A stretch of DNA of 32,456 nucleotides from Pseudomonadota bacterium (GTDB taxonomy: Bacteria; Bdellovibrionota_B; Oligoflexia; Oligoflexales; CAIYRB01), in contig JANOTL010000176.1 in NCBI GenBank assembly GCA_031416315.1, forward strand, positions 1 through 32,456, read 5' to 3'. The translations under genes and the position numbers were made by a program. Each line of letters starts with the position of its first letter. The stretch's first letter is position 1. The notes below the pieces were generated by a model. That model saw only the letters and a program-made list of their open reading frames with translations, did no database searches and had not been told where the DNA came from. This document shows, one piece after another, positions 1 to 8,381 of this stretch.

Positions 1-793
1 GCCGTGGCAGCGCGGCCAACGGCGTGCCGGGATGCGCGAGAAACGCTTTATCGCCGCGATGGCACTCGCTGCAGTTCTCGGAGAGGAGGTTTGCCCCCGA
101 AATCTTTTCGACCGTGATGTCCTTGCCATCGGTGATCTTCCGACTGGACTCTGCATCGGTGTTGTCCCAGAAGCAGGCCTTTCCGGCGACGGACTGGCAA
201 ATGATCCCGAGGGCATCGTAGGTATCTGCGGCCGACTTCCGCGGCAGCGCCGCGCAAGTCCCTTGCTCCGTCTCGAACGTCCAAAGCTCGGTGTCGAACG
301 TCGCATCGAATACGAAGATCCGATCGCGCGGAATTTTTCCCTTCGACTTCCACGCAGGGTCGCCCCAGCTGGGCGGAATCGGCACCAGCGCCGCCTTGCA
401 ATCGGCGACGTACTTCTTGCGCTTCGTATCGAACTCGGCAATTTGCTCCGGAGACTTCAATTTTTTCAGGCCGAGGAGGGCGATGCCGCGATCGGCGTCG
501 AAGGGCATGTGCGAATTGCCGCCGTCGAGGAACGCCAAGAGCTGAGATTCGCTGACGTTCGGAAGCGGCTCAAACGCCTCGTTGATCGCGAGACCGTGGG
601 CCGTTCCCGCGATCTGCGTCGAGCCGTCGAGCGCTCCTGCGGAGGCCTCGGTCTTGAACTCCGCGGCACCTTCTGCAGCGACCTCGCCGTCGGTCGTCTT
701 GATCGACGACACCTGGCCTTGCTTCGACTTACAGGCCACTGAAGGCACCAAGAACACGCTAGCCAAGAGCAGCGTACGGCTAGTCCGGATCAT
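1..793 (-). CDS. Predicted lipoprotein with c-type heme-binding CxxCH motif (3' end runs off window)
   Basis: Not in the ORF track; hand-translated from ATG at 793: MIRTSRTLLLASVFLVPSVA-CKSK (lipobox-like), open to the window edge. Contains ENCSECHRG (CxxCH at 59..73) and further Cys (GTCAALP, GIICQS, GKACFWDN). Confidence 0.8.
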   Translation of the reverse strand, partial: MIRTSRTLLLASVFLVPSVACKSKQGQVSSIKTTDGEVAAEGAAEFKTEASAGALDGSTQIAGTAHGLAINEAFEPLPNVSESQLLAFLDGGNSHMPFDADRGIALLGLKKLKSPEQIAEFDTKRKKYVADCKAALVPIPPSWGDPAWKSKGKIPRDRIFVFDATFDTELWTFETEQGTCAALPRKSAADTYDALGIICQSVAGKACFWDNTDAESSRKITDGKDITVEKISGANLLSENCSECHRGDKAFLAHPGTPLAALPR

Positions 794-832
794 TCGACAC
801 CGCCATTGAATCAGTTTCAGGGATTGCACCAT

Positions 833-859
833 TGTTCGACACAATCGCGGAAAGTCTTA
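833..859 (-). promoter_or_regulatory. Putative sigma28 (FliA)-type promoter
   Basis: TAAG-N15-GTCGAACA on the minus strand, 40 nt upstream of ATG 793; consensus is TAAA-N15-GCCGATAA. Confidence 0.5.
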
Positions 860-891
860 AAGCAATTTATGCGGCTTGAGAAAACAGCTGC

Positions 892-2076
892 TTACGGTTC
901 CCGCCCGAGCTCACACCCCATTGGCACAAAGTCTCCGAACTCGGCCAGCGCCGAGTCCCCGTTGAACGCCATCGCGACTCCGGGGTCGTTCTTCGCCCCA
1001 AACACGATCAAAAACGTTCCCAACTCGACTTTCCCCGAAAGGGCGTAGATCGAGCCAGCGACCTGACCACGGATCGGCGTGCACTTGTCCAGCGTCCCGG
1101 CCTTCAGCTCGAACTCCAGATTCGCGACCTTCATCTCGATGCGTTGCTCGCGCACGCCGTCCGTCGCCACCAACGTGCCGCTCAAGATCGTCCGCCGCTT
1201 CAGCGCTCCGTCAGCCACGCTCCGCACGGTCTCGACCACGATCGGCGCGGTCTCTTGCGTCACGATCACATCCGTCGTCGTCCCTTCGGTTCCGTCTTTC
1301 TTCGAGTAGGCCTTCGTCCGGGTGACCGAGCTCGAGATCGACGCGCGGGTCCGCACGATCGTCGGATTCTCGGCCTCCGCCGCGGTCGTCGGCTGCGGCA
1401 CGGAGAACGTCACGAGGCGCCGTCCGCCCACCGACCACGAATCGAGCGTGCTCGAGGTCGCGCCCGATTGCTTGGAATGGACGGCGCGAGCTTTGGTCGC
1501 GGCCTTTTGCGTCGTGACCGTCAGGGCCATGGCCTCGACCAAGGCGGTAGTCTCCCAAGTCACCGCGGCAATGCCGACGTCCGAGACGCAGGTCAGCGCC
1601 TGCCCCTCCGGTGGCACCCACTTCCGCACCTCTCCTCCGGAAGGGGTCATCGTCACGGTGACGACGCGCTTCGGCAGATCCGCCACGAGCGTCTCGGTCG
1701 CGCCCGCGAAACTCGTCTCCGATCGGACCGAGCCGTCCTCCGCCACGGCACAGGCATGCACCCGCGACGCGTCCGCCGCGGAGTCGTCGGCCACGGCATC
1801 GATGACATCGTCCAGGACGGAGAACGCCTTCTGCGCGAAGACTTCCTTTTCGTCGAGCGTCAGCGGCAGCACGACGACCGCCGGCGTATTCCTCTGCTTC
1901 TGCGACACCACCGGCACGACGACGCCGTTCGGTTTGTCCTTCGCGCCGGTGCCGGTCGAGGTCTTCTTCACCGGCTCCTCGTCCTCGCCCTCGCCGCAGG
2001 CTGAGACCCCCAAAAACGCGACGACCCCGAGCGCGACGGCGCACTTGCCGAAACGACGGAAGTCGGGGGTTTTCAC
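892..2076 (-). CDS. Hypothetical lipoprotein (394 aa, Thr/Val-rich, probably beta-rich)
   Basis: GTG start with AGGAG RBS; signal ...ALGVVAFLGVSA-C; GC3-biased codons; no recognisable domain. Confidence 0.8.
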   Translation of the reverse strand: MKTPDFRRFGKCAVALGVVAFLGVSACGEGEDEEPVKKTSTGTGAKDKPNGVVVPVVSQKQRNTPAVVVLPLTLDEKEVFAQKAFSVLDDVIDAVADDSAADASRVHACAVAEDGSVRSETSFAGATETLVADLPKRVVTVTMTPSGGEVRKWVPPEGQALTCVSDVGIAAVTWETTALVEAMALTVTTQKAATKARAVHSKQSGATSSTLDSWSVGGRRLVTFSVPQPTTAAEAENPTIVRTRASISSSVTRTKAYSKKDGTEGTTTDVIVTQETAPIVVETVRSVADGALKRRTILSGTLVATDGVREQRIEMKVANLEFELKAGTLDKCTPIRGQVAGSIYALSGKVELGTFLIVFGAKNDPGVAMAFNGDSALAEFGDFVPMGCELGREP

Positions 2077-2106
2077 GGCGGGTCTCCTCTACTTGCCCAC
2101 GAGTCT

Positions 2107-2157
2107 TGTTCGGCGTCAGCCGGGCAGAATTAAGGATCGCCGAAAGAATCCCGACAT
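2107..2157. promoter_or_regulatory. Back-to-back putative sigma28-type promoters
   Basis: Plus strand TAAG(2131)-N15-CCCGACAT(2157); minus strand TTAA(2133)-N15-GCCGAACA(2107). The -35 elements overlap between two divergent lipoprotein genes. Confidence 0.45.
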
Positions 2158-2188
2158 TTCAGGGGCCTACGAATAATTTGGAGCCACC

Positions 2189-4426
2189 ATGCGGACCCAC
2201 ATCCTGGCCCTCGCCGTTCTCGTCACCGCGGCCGGCGCTTGCAAATCGCCCGATGCGGCCGACGTCAAGAGCTCCGACAACCTCGCGGCCTCAGCGCCCG
2301 CAGCCGCCGCCGCCGTGCAGCCGATCACGACGCTCGCGCTCGGCGAGCTCACCACCGCCGCGCAATTCGAGGCGATGTCGATTCCCTCGGGAGGCATCAT
2401 CAAATCCGGCCGCTCGATGAAGTTCCTCGTCGACCTGCGCACGCCGGCGTCGCCCAAGGTTCACTTCATGAACGGCAACTTCGCCGTCAACGGCACGACG
2501 CCCGACTACGCCAAGTACCACTATTACTTCGCGAAGAAGCACCTGGCGCTCCCCGACACGATTGATCAGTTCAACGCCTCGACCTATTTCACCGCCTCGA
2601 AGAAGTTCCTTGCCGGCACCGTCCAGACCTACGTCTGGGACGACAAGCCCGTGTTCGGCGTCCAGCTCTATCCTCAGGACGTGATCAAGGGCAAAGCCGC
2701 GCTCGACGCCACCAAGATCGTCGCCGCCAAGCTGAAGATCGCCGGCGCCAAGTTCGCCTTCGTCGCCACCGGCAACCAGCAGACGACCGAAGATGTCGCG
2801 CCCGCCTTCACCACCTCGGGCATCCTGCGCCTGTCCTTGGAGCAGATCCTGGGGTCCGTCAACTTCATCCCGATGCATCTCGGCGAGGCGTGGGGATATC
2901 TGCGCATTTTCCCGCAAAATCAGGACGGCATCACGGCGACCGACATCGTCGTCTTCGACGAGCTGCCGCTCGACCTCACCGTCGTCGCCGGCACCGTCAC
3001 CAAGGCCTTTCAGGACGCGAACTCGCACGTCAACTTGAAGTCGAAAGAACGCAACACGCCGAACTCCGTCCTCCGCGACGCGAGCCCGACGAACGCGCTC
3101 CTCGCCCCCTGGGCGGACAAGCCGGTGCACATGATCGTGAAGGCCGACGGCCTCGTCTTCGAGCCGACCACCGACGCTGTCATCGCGCAAAAGCTCGCGG
3201 CCAAGCTCAACAAACCGTGGCTCGCCATCAGCTGGGACAAGTTCGACAAGACCACGTCCTACGACGCGATGTGCGCCACGAGCCCGAACGCCTCGAGCTG
3301 TCTCGCCGAAAGCCGTAAATACGGCTCCAAAGCCGCGAATCTTAGCTTCCTCGCCCACAAGAAGGTTTTGGGCCGCGCGAGCCAGGTCGGCACCACCAGC
3401 CAAAAGCTCGGCTACGACCTCGTCCCGAAGGGCTTCGGCATCCCGCTCCAGTTCTACGTCGATCTCGTCGACTTCCCGGCGAACAAGATGCTGAAGGACA
3501 AGCTCGCCGCCCTCGTCACCAAGGAGAAGGCCGGCACCCTCTCCGCCGCAGAGCGCGTCGCTCTGCTGCAGGAAGTGCAAGCGCTCTTTTACAAAGCCAA
3601 GTTCCCTCCCGGAAACCTGGCCAAGATCAAGGCCTCCATGGCCGCCGTCCTGCCAGGCATCAAGAAGGTGAAGGTCCGTTCCAGCGCCAATGCTGAGGAC
3701 ATCGAAGGTTTCGACGGCGCCGGCCTCCACGACAGCTACAGCGCCAAGCCCGAGAAGATGGACAACGCCGAGGAGTCCTGCGTTCGCGAGGAAGAGACGG
3801 AAGACGAGGGCGAAGGCGCCGGCGTCGAGACCAAGTCCAAGATGAAGCCGCAAACCCTCGCCTGCGGCATCAAAGGCGTCTACGCCAGCATGTGGAACAA
3901 GCGCGCGATCGAGGAGCGCAGCTTCGCCCGCATCGATCACGCCACGATCGCCATGGGCATCTCGGTCTTGCCGGCCTACGATTTCGAGTCCCCGGTCGTC
4001 GGCAACGCCGTCGTGGTGACCCGCGTCATCAACTCTTCCGAGATCTTCGGCTACACGCTCTCCCTGCAGCGCGGCAACAACCTCGTCACCAACCCGACCC
4101 CTGGCACCTGGTCGGAGACCACGATCGCCGCCATCGGGCTAGGCGCCGAGCCGACGACGCTCACCGTGACCCGCTTCGCGAAGCCCTCGAAGGACGGCGC
4201 GCCGCTCACCGTTCCGGTCATGGACAAGGCGAAAGTGCTGCAGCTCGTCAACCTGATCAAGGAGATCGAGGTCGCCTACTGCAAGGCCAAGCCCGGCTAT
4301 TACGCCGGCGAGTGCAAGTTCGTTGCCGTCGACGCCTCGAAGCCCAAATCGCTCGACTTCGAGCTGAAGCTCCTGGAAAACGGCCACTGGGTCATCAAGC
4401 AGATACGCGAGTTCTCCGGGAAGTAG
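2189..4426 (+). CDS. Lipoprotein with PEP-utiliser phospho-His swivel-like domain followed by PPDK/PEP-synthase N-terminal ATP-grasp (PEP/pyruvate-binding) domain
   Basis: GGAG RBS; lipobox LVTAAGA-C. ATP-grasp motifs YGSKAANL, VPKGFGIP, VRSSANAEDIEGFDGAGLHDS, VYASMWNKRA, LDFE, IKQIR. NSHVNLKSKERNTPN resembles the TSHAAIVARELGIP phospho-His motif. Confidence 0.85.
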   Translation: MRTHILALAVLVTAAGACKSPDAADVKSSDNLAASAPAAAAAVQPITTLALGELTTAAQFEAMSIPSGGIIKSGRSMKFLVDLRTPASPKVHFMNGNFAVNGTTPDYAKYHYYFAKKHLALPDTIDQFNASTYFTASKKFLAGTVQTYVWDDKPVFGVQLYPQDVIKGKAALDATKIVAAKLKIAGAKFAFVATGNQQTTEDVAPAFTTSGILRLSLEQILGSVNFIPMHLGEAWGYLRIFPQNQDGITATDIVVFDELPLDLTVVAGTVTKAFQDANSHVNLKSKERNTPNSVLRDASPTNALLAPWADKPVHMIVKADGLVFEPTTDAVIAQKLAAKLNKPWLAISWDKFDKTTSYDAMCATSPNASSCLAESRKYGSKAANLSFLAHKKVLGRASQVGTTSQKLGYDLVPKGFGIPLQFYVDLVDFPANKMLKDKLAALVTKEKAGTLSAAERVALLQEVQALFYKAKFPPGNLAKIKASMAAVLPGIKKVKVRSSANAEDIEGFDGAGLHDSYSAKPEKMDNAEESCVREEETEDEGEGAGVETKSKMKPQTLACGIKGVYASMWNKRAIEERSFARIDHATIAMGISVLPAYDFESPVVGNAVVVTRVINSSEIFGYTLSLQRGNNLVTNPTPGTWSETTIAAIGLGAEPTTLTVTRFAKPSKDGAPLTVPVMDKAKVLQLVNLIKEIEVAYCKAKPGYYAGECKFVAVDASKPKSLDFELKLLENGHWVIKQIREFSGK
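4389..4421 (+). repeat. 33-bp direct repeat, copy 1 (3' end of the ATP-grasp gene)
   Basis: GGGTCATCAAGCAGATACGCGAGTTCTCCGGGA; 31/33 identical to 5408..5440. Confidence 0.9.
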
Positions 4427-4445
4427 CGCCGCCGCGCGCGGAAGA

Positions 4446-5240
4446 CTACTGCTGCTTGAGTAACTCAAGCTGACGATCGAAGCTCTCGACGCGAGGCGTG
4501 CCCGACGTTGACTGCTCCGGGAGTCCAAGAAGGTAGTCCTTCGCGACGTCGTCCCACACTTGATGTTCGAAGCCGTCCGACGCAAAGCGGGCATACGGGC
4601 GAAACTTGTAGCGGCGGCTGTAGATGCTGCCGCCGTTCCCGCCGAGGCCGAAACACATGCCTTGCGCGATGAAACGATGCACGGTGGCGGGCGAGCCGTC
4701 GACGAGCGTGACATGGCCGACCGCATGGAGGCGGTTCTTGGCGACGTAGAAGCGCGTCGAGCCGTCTTGCGTGTGGCCAGGCGAAAGGTAGAAGCCGATG
4801 CCCGTGAAGCTCGCGGCATTGAGCGCGGCGTCGCGAATGACGGTGCGGAACTCGACGATCTCGCAGCGGCCCGTCTGCCAGTACTCGCGGCCTTCGCTCG
4901 GGATCGACGCGTACATGTGCAGCGAATCATTGAGCAGCGGACTGCGGTCGGCGAATCCGTCGAGCTTCGCTTTGCGCTCAAGCTCGCTGGAGCAGCGGAC
5001 GGTCCGGTAGATCGCCGAACCAGAGCTATAATTGCCGACCTCGCTGCATTCTTGCTTGTCGAGCTCGCCGCCCGGGAAATGCCCCGGGAGGTCGAGAGCG
5101 TAGGACTTTCCGTGCCATGCTTGGAGCACGGTGATGTCGGAGGCTCGTTGATCGACGGTTTGCTTCAGAGCCGAGGTCGGCGTATCAGGGCTGCAGCCGA
5201 CCGCGATGACGAGTGCGGCGAGGACGAGAAGTTTTTGCAT
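4446..5240 (-). CDS. Hypothetical lipoprotein (264 aa)
   Basis: MQKLLVLAALVIAVG-C lipobox; coherent ORF; upstream sigma54-like motif. Confidence 0.85.
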   Translation of the reverse strand: MQKLLVLAALVIAVGCSPDTPTSALKQTVDQRASDITVLQAWHGKSYALDLPGHFPGGELDKQECSEVGNYSSGSAIYRTVRCSSELERKAKLDGFADRSPLLNDSLHMYASIPSEGREYWQTGRCEIVEFRTVIRDAALNAASFTGIGFYLSPGHTQDGSTRFYVAKNRLHAVGHVTLVDGSPATVHRFIAQGMCFGLGGNGGSIYSRRYKFRPYARFASDGFEHQVWDDVAKDYLLGLPEQSTSGTPRVESFDRQLELLKQQ

Positions 5241-5274
5241 CGAGGAGTGCCCCTAAGTGGTTCGCGGGGTGGTT

Positions 5275-5290
5275 TGCAGGCTTTGTGCCA
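5275..5290 (-). promoter_or_regulatory. Putative sigma54 -24/-12 promoter
   Basis: TGGCACAAAGCCTGCA (GG-N10-GC, TGGCAC intact), 35 nt upstream of ATG 5240. Confidence 0.7.
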
Positions 5291-5407
5291 GCAAGATCCC
5301 CGCGAATATCCAGCATTTTCCGGTCGCGGGCAAAGACCAGACAACTGGACGGGAGTTTCGGGCGACCGGACGGCGGCCTCCGAGGGGAACCACCTAGGCC
5401 GGGCCTC

Positions 5408-5440
5408 GGGTCATCAAGCCGATGCGCGAGTTCTCCGGGA
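5408..5440 (+). repeat. 33-bp direct repeat, copy 2 (spans the stop codon of the convergent HD-like gene)
   Basis: GGGTCATCAAGCCGATGCGCGAGTTCTCCGGGA; 31/33 identical to 4389..4421. Confidence 0.9.
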
Positions 5441-6778
5441 CGAAGCCCGAATCCGTCGGATCAGCGCGAAGGCCGCCGCACGGCGCGTCGGCGCCACGAT
5501 CGCGATCCGCTCGGCTAGCTCGATCACGAGCTTGGGATCCTGCCGCGTCAGGAGCGTCTCGCCGTCGATGCTGCCGTCGACGAAGTGCATCACGTCCTCG
5601 AAGCGATCGACGCAGTACGGCCCGCCACGCTCCGCGTAGTAAAGGGCGGCCAGGGGCGAATTCGGCAGGTCGAAACTGCTCGAGCCGTTGCGCCCGATCC
5701 AAAGCAGCTCAAAGATCTCGGTGTCGATCAGGTCCTCGTGTCCGTCGACAAGGTGCGCCTTCGCGTCGAGGCGCTTGCCCGCCCACGCCGCCACCGACTG
5801 AGAATCCGAGGCCTCGCCGAGAAACAGCTCGATCGGTCCGTCGCCGCCGGTCGCCGCCGCCACGGCCTCGATCAACGCCACGGCGAAGAGCTTCACCCGC
5901 ATGTAGATGATCGCCGCGGTCAGGTTCACCCGCGCCCGCTGCCGCGCCGCTTCGGCCGCCGCGCGGTCCTCGACGCTCCCCGCGATGTGGAACACCCGCT
6001 TGGGATTGAGACGCACCGACAGAAAGCGCTCCATCCCGAACAGCGCCCGCCGGTAGGACGTCACCGAGTAGAGTCGTCCGCGATTCAGGGTCGGATCCAG
6101 CTCCGAGAAAAGGAGCCACGTGCTCGCGAGAAAATCCGCGACCGTTTGCGACCCGAAGCTTTCGACGTCGCGGTTCGCGACCCGCGTCGCGCGCGCCGCG
6201 ATCTGACGCACGCCCGCCTCGCCGAGGCCGATTTGCCCGTCGGCGTCGATTTTTGCGAGCCTCTCTGCCGCGTGGCGATGCGCCGTCTCGCCCCGGAACG
6301 GGATGGTCGCCTCGATCGCCGCCTGCACGCCGAGCAGATCCTCGGCGCGAAGCAAGGTGCCCAGCATCCGCGTCGCTAACAGCGCGCTCAAGCCTTCGTT
6401 CAAGCCCGCGTCCGCCTTCAGGCTCTGAAATCCGCCGCTGCCCCCGAACATCGCCAGACATTGGCGCTCGGCGGCACTGCGAGGCGCGTTGGTCAAGTCG
6501 TCCAAAACGGCGAGCGCCCCCGGCGCGATCTGCTGGCGGTCGATCTGCAAGTAAACGGTGTCGTGAAAGAGCCCGGCCAAGCAGGCGACCGCGTCGTCAC
6601 CCTGCGCCACTTGGAGGGCGTGCTCGATCGAATGATAGGACCGGGTCGGCTGGCTCATGGCCTCGTAGATCACGATCCCGAGGCGCTCGACGTCACGGCC
6701 GTCGAGGCGCGCCTGCCTCGGAGCGAGCGCGCCGAGAGCCCCTCCGAGCATGTCGAGCAGTTTGTGCAGGTTCCCCAA
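5414..6778 (-). CDS. HD-superfamily-like metal-dependent hydrolase / conserved hypothetical protein (~454 aa)
   Basis: RSYHSIEH...GLFHDTVY...IEATIPF...ANRDV motifs. Start re-assigned to TTG 6778 (GGAGG 8 nt upstream) because the track ORF extension overlaps the divergent gene. Confidence 0.7.
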   Translation of the reverse strand: MGNLHKLLDMLGGALGALAPRQARLDGRDVERLGIVIYEAMSQPTRSYHSIEHALQVAQGDDAVACLAGLFHDTVYLQIDRQQIAPGALAVLDDLTNAPRSAAERQCLAMFGGSGGFQSLKADAGLNEGLSALLATRMLGTLLRAEDLLGVQAAIEATIPFRGETAHRHAAERLAKIDADGQIGLGEAGVRQIAARATRVANRDVESFGSQTVADFLASTWLLFSELDPTLNRGRLYSVTSYRRALFGMERFLSVRLNPKRVFHIAGSVEDRAAAEAARQRARVNLTAAIIYMRVKLFAVALIEAVAAATGGDGPIELFLGEASDSQSVAAWAGKRLDAKAHLVDGHEDLIDTEIFELLWIGRNGSSSFDLPNSPLAALYYAERGGPYCVDRFEDVMHFVDGSIDGETLLTRQDPKLVIELAERIAIVAPTRRAAAFALIRRIRASSRRTRASA

Positions 6779-6821
6779 AGCCTTGGCCTCCGCACCCCTT
6801 GTCGAGCTCCCCTGAGAGATG

Positions 6822-6851
6822 TTGAGGAATTTTTCCAAGCCTCGGTATAAT
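6822..6851 (+). promoter_or_regulatory. Putative sigma70 promoter
   Basis: TTGAGG-N18-TATAAT, with a perfect -10, 25 nt upstream of TTG 6876. Confidence 0.5.
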
Positions 6852-6875
6852 CGGCTTTCAATCCAAAGAGTTCCC

Positions 6876-8303
6876 TTGCGACCACGGAATCCCACCGCCC
6901 TTCTCTTCGCGCTGACGTTCACCCTCGTCGGCTGCGGCACCATCGGCGGTCGCAAGGAGACCTTGTCGATCGACAGCGACCCGCGCGCGCTGAAAGTCAC
7001 GATCGACGGCGACGAGGTGAAGGCGACCCCGCGCTTCATGGAAGTGAAGCGCAAGCGCACGCACATCGTCCGCGCCATCGATCCAAAGACGGGCAAGGTG
7101 CTGCGGGAGGATAAGAAGACCTGCAACATCCGGTGGGTCACCTCGATCGTCGGCAATGGCGTCATGGCGCTCGCCTCGCCGCCCGTGGCGCTTCTCGGCC
7201 TGGGCGTCGACTTTTTCACCGGCGGCATGTTCGACTGTCAGGGCGCGATCCGCATCGTCGCCCCGAAAGAGAATGTCCTTCCCGGTCGCCTCTGCCACAC
7301 CTACCTCGTCGCGCCACCCGAGCATCCGGACGCCGCGGTCTCTCGTCGCTTGGCAGCGGTCTGGGTCGCCGCCGCGCGCCCTAAGCTGAAGAAGTGCGAC
7401 GTGATCGTCGACGAGGGCGACGCCGAGGAAGCCTTCGCCTACATCAACCTCACGCATCGCGACACGTCGGCCCTGATCGACTTGCGCCGAGCGCATGCGA
7501 ACGTCCTCGGCACGCAGACGCAGGCCGATCGCCTCGTCATCGTCCACGGCGACATGGGCGCGAAGACGCCGCGCGTCATCCCGGAGATCGTCGACATGCA
7601 CTCGCTCGAGCGCAAGGTCGAGCGCCCGATCCCGCTCAAGGGCAAGGACGCCACCGAGCTGCCGAAGCTCTCGCGCCCCAGCTGGCTCCTCTACAGCGTC
7701 TCGCTCGTTCCCAACGCCGTCATGTACGGCCCTTCGCGCACGATTCGCACGGTCACGCCGCCGACCGGCTACTCCATCCTGAGCGAGAGCGAGAAGACGA
7801 CCTTCCCGAAGCTCGTCACCTTCCTCGGGATCAACACGCTCGATCATCCGCTCGGCTACGGCGAATGGGACCTGACGCTGCGCTTCTACCCGCAGATGGA
7901 CGCCGGCTCTTGGGCGCTGAGCTACAAGCTGAAGAACGAGAAGACCGGCGCGAGCGAGACGCGCACGTTCAAGACGACCTTCGTGCAGGGCCTCTTCAAC
8001 GGCGCGCTCTCCGCCTACACGCCCGTCGGCATCCTCGGCTTCGCCGTCGGCGCCGGCCCCTTCACCGGCTTCATCTACGAGGAAAAGCCCCGCTTCCGCC
8101 TCATCACCGCCTTCGCCTACGAATTCTCCTGGACCTTCTTTGCGGCCAAGAACGTCTTCGTCCAGCTGGGCTGGGAAGAGCACGAGCTGAAGGCCAGGGG
8201 CCTGGAATCGCAGGGCTTCCGCATCCAGCGCTGGGCCGACTCCACCGTCAGCATCGGCTACTACTCGACCCTGGCAGAACGCTGGGTTAGACGCGTTTTT
8301 TAA
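6876..8303 (+). CDS. Multidomain hypothetical lipoprotein (PEGA-like N-terminus, possible C-terminal beta-barrel)
   Basis: Lipobox LTFTLVG-C; IDSDP..LKVTIDG..ATP PEGA-like start; hydrophobic LLGLGVDFFTGGMF segment; aromatic amphipathic strands in the last ~200 aa. Start uncertain (6819 or 6876). Confidence 0.75.
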   Translation: MRPRNPTALLFALTFTLVGCGTIGGRKETLSIDSDPRALKVTIDGDEVKATPRFMEVKRKRTHIVRAIDPKTGKVLREDKKTCNIRWVTSIVGNGVMALASPPVALLGLGVDFFTGGMFDCQGAIRIVAPKENVLPGRLCHTYLVAPPEHPDAAVSRRLAAVWVAAARPKLKKCDVIVDEGDAEEAFAYINLTHRDTSALIDLRRAHANVLGTQTQADRLVIVHGDMGAKTPRVIPEIVDMHSLERKVERPIPLKGKDATELPKLSRPSWLLYSVSLVPNAVMYGPSRTIRTVTPPTGYSILSESEKTTFPKLVTFLGINTLDHPLGYGEWDLTLRFYPQMDAGSWALSYKLKNEKTGASETRTFKTTFVQGLFNGALSAYTPVGILGFAVGAGPFTGFIYEEKPRFRLITAFAYEFSWTFFAAKNVFVQLGWEEHELKARGLESQGFRIQRWADSTVSIGYYSTLAERWVRRVF

Positions 8304-8346
8304 AATACTTTACAAATCTCTTAGAATACTTTACAAACTGCTTATC
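8304..8346 (+). promoter_or_regulatory. Phased direct repeats, putative response-regulator operator
   Basis: AATACTTTACAAA at 8304..8316 and 8325..8337 (21-bp period), in an AT-rich intergenic region upstream of 8382. Confidence 0.65.
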
Positions 8347-8381
8347 GATTTTTAATACCACGCCTTCGAGGATTAAATAAT

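Noticed and set aside
32..742. 236-aa plus-strand ORF and many other long antisense or alternate-frame ORFs (e.g. 2291..3940, 8784..10340, 28389..29933)
   Set aside because: Shadow ORFs expected at high GC; Arg/Gly-rich without motifs and overlapping better-supported genes.
6779..7228. N-terminal extension of the HD-like ORF
   Set aside because: Antisense to the divergent lipoprotein gene; a better RBS and start exist at 6778.
8304..8337. Possible CRISPR or iteron array
   Set aside because: Only two 13-bp copies with an 8-bp gap; no cas or rep genes.
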